DNA of 10,027 nucleotides, from UHGV virus genome UHGV-0373029, one strand, 5' to 3'. Positions within the stretch are counted from its first letter, which is position 1. The number at the start of each line of letters is the position of its first letter. The notes below the pieces were generated by a model that was not told the DNA's origin, made no database searches, and saw nothing but the letters and a program-made list of their open reading frames with translations. This document shows positions 1 through 10,027 of this stretch, in pieces. The DNA is from a virus. A program made the translations under genes and the position numbers.

Positions 1-156
1 AACAATGAAGAGTTCCATGCACCAACTTTTGAGATTGGTATCCCACTTAACACTTTAAGTGACTTAAAACATCTCACTGCAAGTGACTTTATTGGTGGTC
101 TTAACAATTACCAGCATGCAGGAAAGATTGAAGCCCCTTTGTCAGTAGGTAAATAA
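1..156 (+). CDS. 3' end of a hypothetical protein (partial, begins upstream of window)
   Basis: Frame 1 is open from base 1 to a TAA at 154-156 (51 codons, protein-like ...EEFHAPTFEIGIPLNTLSDLKHLTASDFIGGLNNYQHAGKIEAPLSVGK*), followed directly by the hairpin at 164-187. No start visible, so truncated by the window edge. Not in the ORF track because it lacks a start. Confidence 0.35.
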   Translation, partial: NNEEFHAPTFEIGIPLNTLSDLKHLTASDFIGGLNNYQHAGKIEAPLSVGK

Positions 157-163
157 AACAAAA

Positions 164-187
164 AAGGCTCCCGTAAAAAGGAGCCTT
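164..187 (-). terminator. Intrinsic (rho-independent) terminator hairpin, strongest in minus orientation
   Basis: Perfect 8-bp GC-rich stem AAGGCTCC (164-171) / GGAGCCTT (180-187) with an 8-nt loop. On the minus strand the stem is followed by TTTTTGTTTTATTT (classic U-tract); on the plus strand the downstream tract is weak (TAAACTTTACT). Sits between convergent transcription units. Confidence 0.55.
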
Positions 188-201
188 AAACTTTACTCAC
201 C

Positions 202-666
202 ATGCAAGTTTCGGAAGGTAAACAAGAAGTGTCTATCACAACAAAATTACAGCAGTTAGATAATTATTCCAAAAGTAATTATTCAGCTATTCGTGATTTA
301 CAGTCTGATATGAGGCTGCTTCAGCTAGGGATGGAGAACCAGAAAGTCCAGTTAGAGAATGTTAAGGGTGAGAACGCAAAACTTACTAAGACTCTTGATA
401 AATTCTCTGATAGTGTGAACAATCTGGCTCAATCAGTATCAGCCCTCCAAGCTATTACTGAAAAGAACACAAAGAATACTGAAAAAGCTTTTTCTAAGTT
501 ATCTACGAACTCATCATCAATAGGTGTATCTGTCTTACTTGCGAGATATCTTGCAAGCCTAAAGAACACTTTCTCAATCATGTATTCACTTAGAAGGGAT
601 AAAATGAGTTTCCAGAAGAAGCTACCTAGATTTTTTAGAAGAATTGCTAGGATTGTAGGCATTTAA
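202..666 (+). CDS. Hypothetical protein: N-terminal coiled-coil-like region, C-terminal hydrophobic segment and basic tail
   Basis: 154-codon ORF, very unlikely by chance in AT-rich DNA. Residues 1-100 are Q/L/K/E/N-rich with heptad-like spacing, then a hydrophobic stretch IGVSVLLARYLASL and a basic tail RRDKMSFQKKLPRFFRRIARIVGI. Weak point: no Shine-Dalgarno at useful spacing before ATG 202 (AAGGAG lies 18 nt upstream, inside the hairpin). A 77-aa antisense ORF overlaps it. Confidence 0.5.
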   Translation: MQVSEGKQEVSITTKLQQLDNYSKSNYSAIRDLQSDMRLLQLGMENQKVQLENVKGENAKLTKTLDKFSDSVNNLAQSVSALQAITEKNTKNTEKAFSKLSTNSSSIGVSVLLARYLASLKNTFSIMYSLRRDKMSFQKKLPRFFRRIARIVGI

Positions 667-741
667 TCACCTCATCAGCCAAGATGGTGAGAATACCCAT
701 AAAGAATATTAACACCATCTTAACAATCAGTCAACAAGGGA

Positions 742-3111
742 TTAAGCAGTCCTTACCCAAGCCATTAACTTGTAGAACTGGTTAGTGACGCTAAATGCTG
801 AACCAGAACCAGTACCACCTGTGTTACCGCTAACTGTGTGGCTGTGAGCACCAATACCAACAGTGTGCGAGTGGTTGCCAGTTGTGTTGGTTACACCTGT
901 CCAAGTTCTTGACGCGTGGAAATCAGCAGCAGCACCGTAAGTGAAGTTAGAGCCTGTGAAGCCATGTGAAGCCTGAGAACTACCCATCTGAAACGCACCG
1001 CTCGCAGTGTAGAATGCACTGTTATCACTTCTGAACCAACCAACCACACCAGAAATTTCCATGTTACCTCTATTGTGAGCATGGTTGCCAGTCGTATTTG
1101 TCGTCTTAGTACCATAATCAAATGATGAAGTGGTAGCAGAGAAACTATGCGTGTGTGAAGGTAAGTTACCAACAGATAACGTTACAGAATCTGAACCACC
1201 AGTTGTAGCAACATCTGAACCGTTTGCTGCTGCAATTCTAATAGTTCTGCCAACACCATTATTCAGGTACGTCCAAGTTAGACCAGGAAGTGCTGTATTA
1301 GGGTTAACATTACTGTTAAACCACGTTACAATACCTACTGGATAGATTTTATTCAGGTCTGTAGAGTCACTAATTGCTTCTGCAATCTTCTGGTCAGTCT
1401 CTGCTTTAGTGTATGCACCAATTTCTGAAGGGGTTGGTTTATCTTGGTCTGTATAGATTTTAGCCCAAGCATTCTCAAAACCATACTTATCTCGTGCTGT
1501 CCTGTAAAAAATACCACCATTCTTGTAGATAAACTTAAACTGTGCAGTTGGTGTTGAGCCACCACCGATAAACATCTGATAAACTAGTTGTGATGCACCC
1601 CCAGTTTTCATTGTAACATTATACAGACCAGTTCTAGCATTCCAAGCAATACCATCCTCATCACCAACCTCTGTACCACCGCCAGAAGAGACAGCAAGCA
1701 TGTACCTAGAGTTTGCGACAGATTGCGTATAATATCTGGCATCTAAGTTAGAGAAATCAGAAGGTTGAATCTGTCCAGCTAGAGTTAGTGTTTTGTTGAT
1801 ACTTGCAGATGAGTTACCTAAAACTAACTGAGTTCCAGAAAAACTGTTATTTAGGGTTACATCATTAGTATCTGCCCCACCAACACCCACCCACCATCTT
1901 GATACATTAGCAGTGTCCATACCACGGATATACAATGGTCTGTTCTGAGTAGAGTTTTTCACAATTAGAGTTTCATCATCTGCAACAATTTTCTGTACAC
2001 CATTAAAAGTGTTTTGTGCATTAGTTCTTGCAATCGTACTTAATGTTGCTGCCGGAATATATCTAGAGTCAATGTTAGCCCAATCTGAAGGTTGAACTTG
2101 ACCACCAATTTGAACTGTTTTACTCATAGTAATGGTGTTACCTAGTGAGATTTGTGTTTTTGCTAGATAGTTATAGATGTTTACAATGTTTTCATCACCA
2201 TCGTTACCAATGTACCACTTATTAGCCCCATCTGATTTTCTTGCTTGGATATACAAAGCCGCAGTTGTGTCTACATTTTGCAGAGTGATGGCATTAGCAT
2301 TCTTCTTAATAACAAAATTAGTGAAGGTATTAGAGCCACTAAAAGTGTTATTACCAGTTAACTGTGCAAATCTCTGATTAGCAACTGTCTGAGTAAAGTA
2401 TCTAGCATCTAAGTTAGAGAAATCTGAAGGTTGGACTTGACCAGTGATTCTAAGTGACTTATTAAATGCTGCTGTTGCATCAAGGGTTAACATTGCACCA
2501 GTAGCATGATTGTACAAATATACATTAGTACTGTTTGCATTTCCCTGTCCAACATACCAAGTTTGCTGGTTATTAGAATCTCTGCCTTGAATATATGAAG
2601 CACCTGCATTGGTTGCCTTCTTAAGAGTTAACTGCTCACCATCAGTTACAATTGCTTGCCTAATGCTGAAGTTATTTGTGACAGCAAGCCTTGCATATCT
2701 TGCATCATTCTCTTCATTAGTTCTCATACCAAGTTCATTAGGGCTTGGTTTATTCAAAGTATGATAAACAGTTGCCGACCTTGTGGCATCTGCAATAGTG
2801 AGTTTAAGACCATTTGAGTTAATTTTAAAAGTCTTTAAAACATCCCCAATAGTAATCTCAGAAGAATCTGTAGGGTCAAAGATGGCCTTACCACCGTAAA
2901 GTAACTTGACAATACCTAAATCCCCAACCATAGTACTACCAGCAATCTGAACAAACCTTTCTAGTTTGAAGGAAGCTAAGAAGTCTTGATACGTCATTCT
3001 ACGGTCTTCATCACCCAGCATTTCAGGTCTTTTCTTAACTCTGATGTGTAATAGGTCTTCTGAACGAATTGTGTCGATTGAGTTTAATTGACTCAATTTG
3101 TAATCTGCCAT
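742..3111 (-). CDS. Long tail fibre protein (P2 gpH-like shaft with three ~110-aa repeats; collar-like C-terminal tip with HxH motifs)
   Basis: 789-aa ORF. Three internal repeats carry GQ(V/I)QPSD(F/W)(S/A)N(L/I)D(A/S)RY at residues 224-238, 337-351 and 447-461. C-terminal ~200 aa has a collar-like motif (YPVGIVTWFNSN...SVTLSVGNLPSHTHS), then a Gly/Ser/Thr-rich region with HTH, HAH, HSH, HSH and a ...AWVRTA end shared with the 391-aa fibre. SD-like AAGAGGA precedes the ATG. Confidence 0.9.
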   Translation of the reverse strand: MADYKLSQLNSIDTIRSEDLLHIRVKKRPEMLGDEDRRMTYQDFLASFKLERFVQIAGSTMVGDLGIVKLLYGGKAIFDPTDSSEITIGDVLKTFKINSNGLKLTIADATRSATVYHTLNKPSPNELGMRTNEENDARYARLAVTNNFSIRQAIVTDGEQLTLKKATNAGASYIQGRDSNNQQTWYVGQGNANSTNVYLYNHATGAMLTLDATAAFNKSLRITGQVQPSDFSNLDARYFTQTVANQRFAQLTGNNTFSGSNTFTNFVIKKNANAITLQNVDTTAALYIQARKSDGANKWYIGNDGDENIVNIYNYLAKTQISLGNTITMSKTVQIGGQVQPSDWANIDSRYIPAATLSTIARTNAQNTFNGVQKIVADDETLIVKNSTQNRPLYIRGMDTANVSRWWVGVGGADTNDVTLNNSFSGTQLVLGNSSASINKTLTLAGQIQPSDFSNLDARYYTQSVANSRYMLAVSSGGGTEVGDEDGIAWNARTGLYNVTMKTGGASQLVYQMFIGGGSTPTAQFKFIYKNGGIFYRTARDKYGFENAWAKIYTDQDKPTPSEIGAYTKAETDQKIAEAISDSTDLNKIYPVGIVTWFNSNVNPNTALPGLTWTYLNNGVGRTIRIAAANGSDVATTGGSDSVTLSVGNLPSHTHSFSATTSSFDYGTKTTNTTGNHAHNRGNMEISGVVGWFRSDNSAFYTASGAFQMGSSQASHGFTGSNFTYGAAADFHASRTWTGVTNTTGNHSHTVGIGAHSHTVSGNTGGTGSGSAFSVTNQFYKLMAWVRTA
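1702..2598 (-). repeat. Three in-frame tandem repeat units (~330 bp each) inside the long tail-fibre gene
   Basis: Protein repeats at residues ~172-470. At DNA level, 1733-1790 and 2399-2456 share near-identical stretches (e.g. ATCTAAGTTAGAGAAATC then GAAGGTTG); the middle copy around 2071-2115 is more diverged (CAATCTGAAGGTTGAACTTGACCACC). Confidence 0.8.
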
Positions 3112-3130
3112 TATAAATTTTCCTCTTAAA

Positions 3131-3148
3131 AGGGGCTACAAAGCCCCT
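3131..3148 (-). promoter_or_regulatory. Intergenic stem-loop between the two tail-fibre genes (possible attenuator or mRNA processing/stability element)
   Basis: In the only sizeable intergenic gap of the operon (3112-3157): 7-bp GC-rich stem AGGGGCT (3131-3137) / AGCCCCT (3142-3148), 4-nt loop. On the minus strand it is followed by TTT and then the SD AAGAGGA of the 789-aa gene. The U-tract is short, so not a confident full terminator. Confidence 0.3.
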
Positions 3149-3157
3149 GTAAAGAAA

Positions 3158-4333
3158 TTAAGCTGTTCTCTGCCATACATATACGACAAAAGATGGCTGC
3201 TCAACACTGAAAGCTTGACCACCACCAACAGAACCAGATGTTCCTGAGTGTGTATGTTCAGAGCTAGAGACAGTAACAGCACCCGTATGACTGTGTGAAC
3301 CAATATTAACAGTGTGGCTATGAGCACCAATTGCAACAGTATGGTTATGAGCACCAGATGATGCAGTTGTGCCTGAGAAGCTATGGGTGTGAGCACCTGC
3401 TAAATCAGTATACGTATTATTATTAACCCCAGCATAAGCAGATGCAGTAATAGCATCCCCCCCACTTCTATCATTACCTCTCAGTGGTACTCTATGGTTA
3501 TGGTTACCATCATTACTTGTCGTGCCGCTAAACGTGTGAGTGTGAGCACCAGCACTATTAGTCGTTTTTGTACCGTAATCAAAAGTTGATGTACTTTTTG
3601 AACCATAATCAAAACTAGAGATAGATACGCTTGCAGAGTGTGTGTGACCACCACCTGTTAAATAGATAGAGTGGGTGTGTGCTGGTAAATTATTATTTGT
3701 TAATGCTACAGTCTGAGAACCGAACGTTGAACCAACAGGTCTAGCTTCTGTATCATAACCAACAAGCGCCCTACCTTTAGAAACCAACTCCCAAGTACCT
3801 CCACAAAGCAAGTAAGTGGATGGGTTAGCAGAGTTAACAGACAGATGAATAGTCCCCACTGGATATGATGCTTGGATAGCTTTGTATAGATTATTCACTG
3901 CTCTCGCGGTAGCATATTTATCAGCATCTTCATTGTATAAGTTGGATGTTGTCCAGTTCTGAACATTACTTAACCCTACCTGTGCTTTCGTTGTATTGTG
4001 TGGGTTACTTTTGTCGTCGATATGTCTCTGAATTAAACTGTTCACTTCATCTGACGACATAATCTGTAGATTTGCTCTTGCCTCAGCAACATCTACAATG
4101 TCTGACAAGTTATTAGCTGCGACCAATTGGAGTGAGTTAATAACATTATCAAGACCAACTTGCGATTTAGTTACACCATGAGGGTTATTCCTCAAAGATG
4201 TGTGAGGTGCTAACAACTGTTCAAGCGTACATCTTTTATCCTCAACACCTTGCTTAAGATGGAAGATATCACTCAAATCAATTGGTAAGGCCGCTTGTGG
4301 CAAGGCACTAATTTGAATTTCACCTACTGCCAT
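3158..4333 (-). CDS. Tail fibre / receptor-binding protein (two phage fibre repeats, collar-like domain, His-x-His-rich tip)
   Basis: 391-aa ORF with SD AGGAG 8 nt before the ATG. Two copies of NPH(G/N)(V/T)TK(S/A)QVGL(D/S)NV (residues ~50-64 and ~110-124). Collar-like motif YPVGTIHLSVNS...LLCGGTWELV...SQTVALTNNNLPAHTHS. C-terminal 180 aa is Gly/Ser/Thr-rich with nine HxH motifs and the SFDYG(S/T)K(S/T)T motif twice, ending ...VWQRTA. Confidence 0.9.
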   Translation of the reverse strand: MAVGEIQISALPQAALPIDLSDIFHLKQGVEDKRCTLEQLLAPHTSLRNNPHGVTKSQVGLDNVINSLQLVAANNLSDIVDVAEARANLQIMSSDEVNSLIQRHIDDKSNPHNTTKAQVGLSNVQNWTTSNLYNEDADKYATARAVNNLYKAIQASYPVGTIHLSVNSANPSTYLLCGGTWELVSKGRALVGYDTEARPVGSTFGSQTVALTNNNLPAHTHSIYLTGGGHTHSASVSISSFDYGSKSTSTFDYGTKTTNSAGAHTHTFSGTTSNDGNHNHRVPLRGNDRSGGDAITASAYAGVNNNTYTDLAGAHTHSFSGTTASSGAHNHTVAIGAHSHTVNIGSHSHTGAVTVSSSEHTHSGTSGSVGGGQAFSVEQPSFVVYVWQRTA

Positions 4334-4335
4334 TA

Positions 4336-4638
4336 TTAAGCTCCTACATATTCATATGTGTAAAGGTTTCTTGTGCTTGTTGATGCAGTCCCTGTCTCAG
4401 ACTTAATTAGATTCCAGCCATTAGCCACTAAATCTGGTTGCTCAGTTGCATATGAGCGAACTTCACCAACAGTGCCGTTTACTTTATTCAGCAGGTAGTT
4501 GATAATATAGTTGAACCACTGTCTACCCATAGGCTCACCCTTTAAAAGACCTGTCTCTTGAATTTCCGGTGGTGGTAAAACTTTTAACTGATTACCATCA
4601 GTATCAACTTCATTTGTAGACCAATTTAAAACTGCCAT
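4336..4638 (-). CDS. Small tail-fibre-associated protein (resembles a fibre N-terminal attachment region; possibly a fissioned fibre N-terminus)
   Basis: 100-aa ORF; its start overlaps the stop of the upstream gene (TAATG at 4636-4640) and its stop lies 2 nt before the 391-aa fibre ATG. Sequence [27 protein letters not shown] resembles, from memory, the LPxP...TGL region at the N-terminus of P2 gpH-type fibres. Function is inferred. Confidence 0.7.
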   Translation of the reverse strand: MAVLNWSTNEVDTDGNQLKVLPPPEIQETGLLKGEPMGRQWFNYIINYLLNKVNGTVGEVRSYATEQPDLVANGWNLIKSETGTASTSTRNLYTYEYVGA

Positions 4639-5492
4639 TAAGAATTTCCTTCTTGTTGTGATTTATCTTTTCTGCCTTTGACAATTTGTGCAACCTCAGC
4701 CATGATTCCGTATGCACCACCTGCAACAGCTTCTTTACCAACGATGAAATATCCACTATTATTAGACCTATCTACAGTCATGTAATCATCACTCTGTGAG
4801 TTTGCTGTTCTGTCAACCTTAAAGTAACCATCAATAACACCAGCATCTGCAAGACTCCCTACTAGGTTGGACTCCAGAGAGCCACCAGTGTTATTTGTAA
4901 CAAGACCCCTGTTAGCATCAGTTACGAACCAGTTCTCTTTATCATCAACAATAGCAAGTGCTGAATCAGCAACCTCTACAGGTGTCCAAGCAGTCCCCTT
5001 TAAAGTAACATCTCTTAAGATAACAGCAGAACCAGTTGTTGTTGCAGAAATCTTTGATAGCGTGTATGCAGCATCAAGAACGTTTTTTCTGGTGTTAATA
5101 CGGATAACGATACCACCAGTCTTAGGAGTAATATGCTCAAAAATCTGAGAGAAAGTTGCACCATATAGTGTCATAATTGCTTTTTGCAAGAATGTTGGAG
5201 TAGTGTCAGAGCGTCTTAGGAAGATTTGGATATAAAGCATAGCTCTATATGTTTCATCATCAGCACCTAGAGGTCTAGGAACTTTAATCAGTGAGCCAAT
5301 ATTATCAAGTTGTTGGCCTACTGACGTCCTAATATTTCTCTCTGTGTGCATCTGCCAGCAAACATCCTCTAATGTTTGTAACTCATCAGTGATTGCTTTC
5401 AAGATACTTGTGTAGATAAACTTATCTTTAAACTGTGTTACAGTTCGTTCATCAAGTGTTTTGTAATAAACACTATCAATCTTTTCAAACAT
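4638..5492 (-). CDS. Baseplate wedge protein, gpI / Mu gp48-like (putative)
   Basis: 284-aa ORF directly after the J-like gene and before the fibre genes, which is the conserved gpI/gp48 slot. Two-nt gap from the upstream stop. Functional call is by synteny; coding status is solid. Confidence 0.8.
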   Translation of the reverse strand: MFEKIDSVYYKTLDERTVTQFKDKFIYTSILKAITDELQTLEDVCWQMHTERNIRTSVGQQLDNIGSLIKVPRPLGADDETYRAMLYIQIFLRRSDTTPTFLQKAIMTLYGATFSQIFEHITPKTGGIVIRINTRKNVLDAAYTLSKISATTTGSAVILRDVTLKGTAWTPVEVADSALAIVDDKENWFVTDANRGLVTNNTGGSLESNLVGSLADAGVIDGYFKVDRTANSQSDDYMTVDRSNNSGYFIVGKEAVAGGAYGIMAEVAQIVKGRKDKSQQEGNS

Positions 5493-5494
5493 TA

Positions 5495-6963
5495 TTACTC
5501 CTTAGTGATGGTATACTGGCTACTTTCCCAAACAGTATATTGGTCACCGTCAACAGTAATTCTTCCTGTAGTATATTGTCCGTCACTAGGTGGAACTGAT
5601 TGACTGTTTGATAATGCTACTTTGACTTCATTAATCTCAATACCTTTAATTACGTCATAGATATGTCCATAGATTCTGTTAGGGATAACATCATTACCAA
5701 CCTTAAGAGTTCTTCCGTAGGCATTAATACCTTGTACAATACTGTCTCTGATATCCTCTTCAGGGATTGTCAAGCTTTCTTCATCATATAGTGAGTAAGA
5801 CACCTTAACAAATGCGTATTTTGGTGTTGGTCTGCTGAAATAAATATTATGTGCCAAACCACCTAAATCGTGGGCTGTACCAAAAATTGAGCCATAAGCC
5901 CTAATACCAGCAGGCTTTGTATCCCAGATTGCCTGAGCTACATTATCATTTTGACCACCAACTACAACAATCTTAAAAGATTTTGGTGGAAGACCTTCTG
6001 AGTTTGTCTCTTCAGTATCATTTTCAACACCTGAAGCATCTGAGACACCTTGAACTCTTTTAACAGCAGCTACAATTGCATCCAAAGTTCCTACACCAGT
6101 AACTGCTAAGGACTCTAAATATCTCTGTCTAAGTTCTGTGTCAGTTTCTTCATTTCTACCAGTTGTTAAGTCATACCTGTTATAAATACTGTCAAGACCA
6201 TCAACAGTTGTCTCAATCTCAATAAGTGTACCAGCCAAAGCAGGGGTAGCACCCACCTCTTCAGCTACTACATCTGAAATAGTTGTAATTTTTGTAAAGG
6301 TCAGAAATGTTGTCGCAGTGACAACCATAGGGTTTGTTCTGGCAATGATATCACCCTCATCTTTATAGACTCTCAATGATGCTCCATCATTAATGACTTC
6401 TGCCTTTGCTACAATACCACCATTAATAGCTTCTGCTAATTTTGTTAGAAGTGTGGTGATTGTGTCTGATGAGGTTGGTTTATATGAGAAAATGACGTTA
6501 TCAATAATAATAACATAATCTGCATCAGTTCGTAAAGAGTTAACTTCAAGGACAGCTTCAACACAATATGATGGGGTTAGGGTAATGTTGTTAACTGGAT
6601 AAAAGATATTTCCGGCAGTACTTCTTAATCTTGTTGTTGAAGGAATGGTAGCACCAGTCGTTCCAGTAAACTCTACCTGACCTCTTGTTGCCTGAGCAAC
6701 ATATCTATATACAGCATTTAAAGCTGTAATATCATCAAGGTTAAAGCCTTCGGCCTTGTCAATTGTTCCACCGTCATAGACTTCTGATAGAATCTCATGG
6801 GTATCTGCTAAAGACCTTGCAATTGAAGCTAGGAAGAGTCCTAATTGACTATCTTCAGAAACGTCAAGGTTTGGTGAAATATCTCTAAGAAGTCTTGATT
6901 TGATATTATCAAAAATCTCCTGATATCTTAGAGTTTGTAATCCTGTTGTAGTTAGTCCTGCCA

Positions 6964-6964
<1 letters not shown>
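5495..6964 (-). CDS. Baseplate J-like protein (gpJ / Mu gp47 / T4 gp6 family, putative)
   Basis: 489-aa ORF whose start overlaps the stop of the gp25-like gene (TAATG). Size and position between the gp25-like and gpI-like genes fit the conserved W-J-I order. Not confirmed by search. Confidence 0.85.

Positions 6965-10027
<3,063 letters not shown>

Noticed and set aside
681-721. 9-bp inverted repeat (AAGATGGTG / CACCATCTT) between the convergent stops at 666 and 742, as a terminator
   Set aside because: 23-nt loop and no flanking T-tract on either strand; the hairpin at 164-187 is a far better terminator.
891-1565. Short ORFs from the track inside the 789-aa fibre gene (891-1172 minus, 1130-1345 plus, 1353-1565 minus)
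   Set aside because: Entirely nested in or antisense to a long, well-supported CDS; low-complexity or hydrophobic translations typical of shadow ORFs; no RBS noted.
2177-2377. 66-aa plus-strand ORF
   Set aside because: Antisense shadow ORF inside the 789-aa fibre gene.
3136-3396. 86-aa minus-strand ORF overlapping the 3' end of the 391-aa fibre gene
   Set aside because: Alternative frame of the same region; Leu/Val-rich translation typical of an off-frame read of Gly/His/Thr-rich coding sequence.
742-4333. Diversity-generating retroelement targeting the fibre tips
   Set aside because: No reverse transcriptase ORF and no non-coding template repeat in the window; the repeats seen are in-frame protein-domain repeats.
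4867-5148. 93-aa plus-strand ORF
   Set aside because: Antisense shadow ORF inside the gpI-like gene.

Overview
AT-rich window (GC roughly 40% by eye, not computed) dominated by a tightly packed minus-strand operon that reads as the baseplate and tail-fibre module of a contractile-tailed phage, prophage or tailocin. Transcription order (high to low coordinate): 3' fragment of an upstream structural gene, 113-aa hypothetical, 325-aa hub-like, 207-aa gpV-like spike, 139-aa gp25/W-like, 489-aa baseplate J-like, 284-aa gpI-like, 100-aa fibre-associated ORF, then two tail fibres (391 and 789 aa) sharing a collar-like, Gly/Ser/Thr-rich tip full of His-x-His motifs. Six gene junctions overlap by one base (TAATG). 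The left end carries convergent plus-strand ORFs and a strong minus-oriented intrinsic terminator hairpin. The most unusual feature is a perfect inverted repeat of at least 125 bp (9404-9528 vs 9903-10027, cut by the window end) that breaks the upstream structural gene at 9528/9529; this is either a fold-back assembly chimera or a genuine inverted duplication. Functional names rest on gene order, protein size and remembered family motifs, not on any database search. No tRNA, rRNA, CRISPR array, integrase or transposase was recognised.
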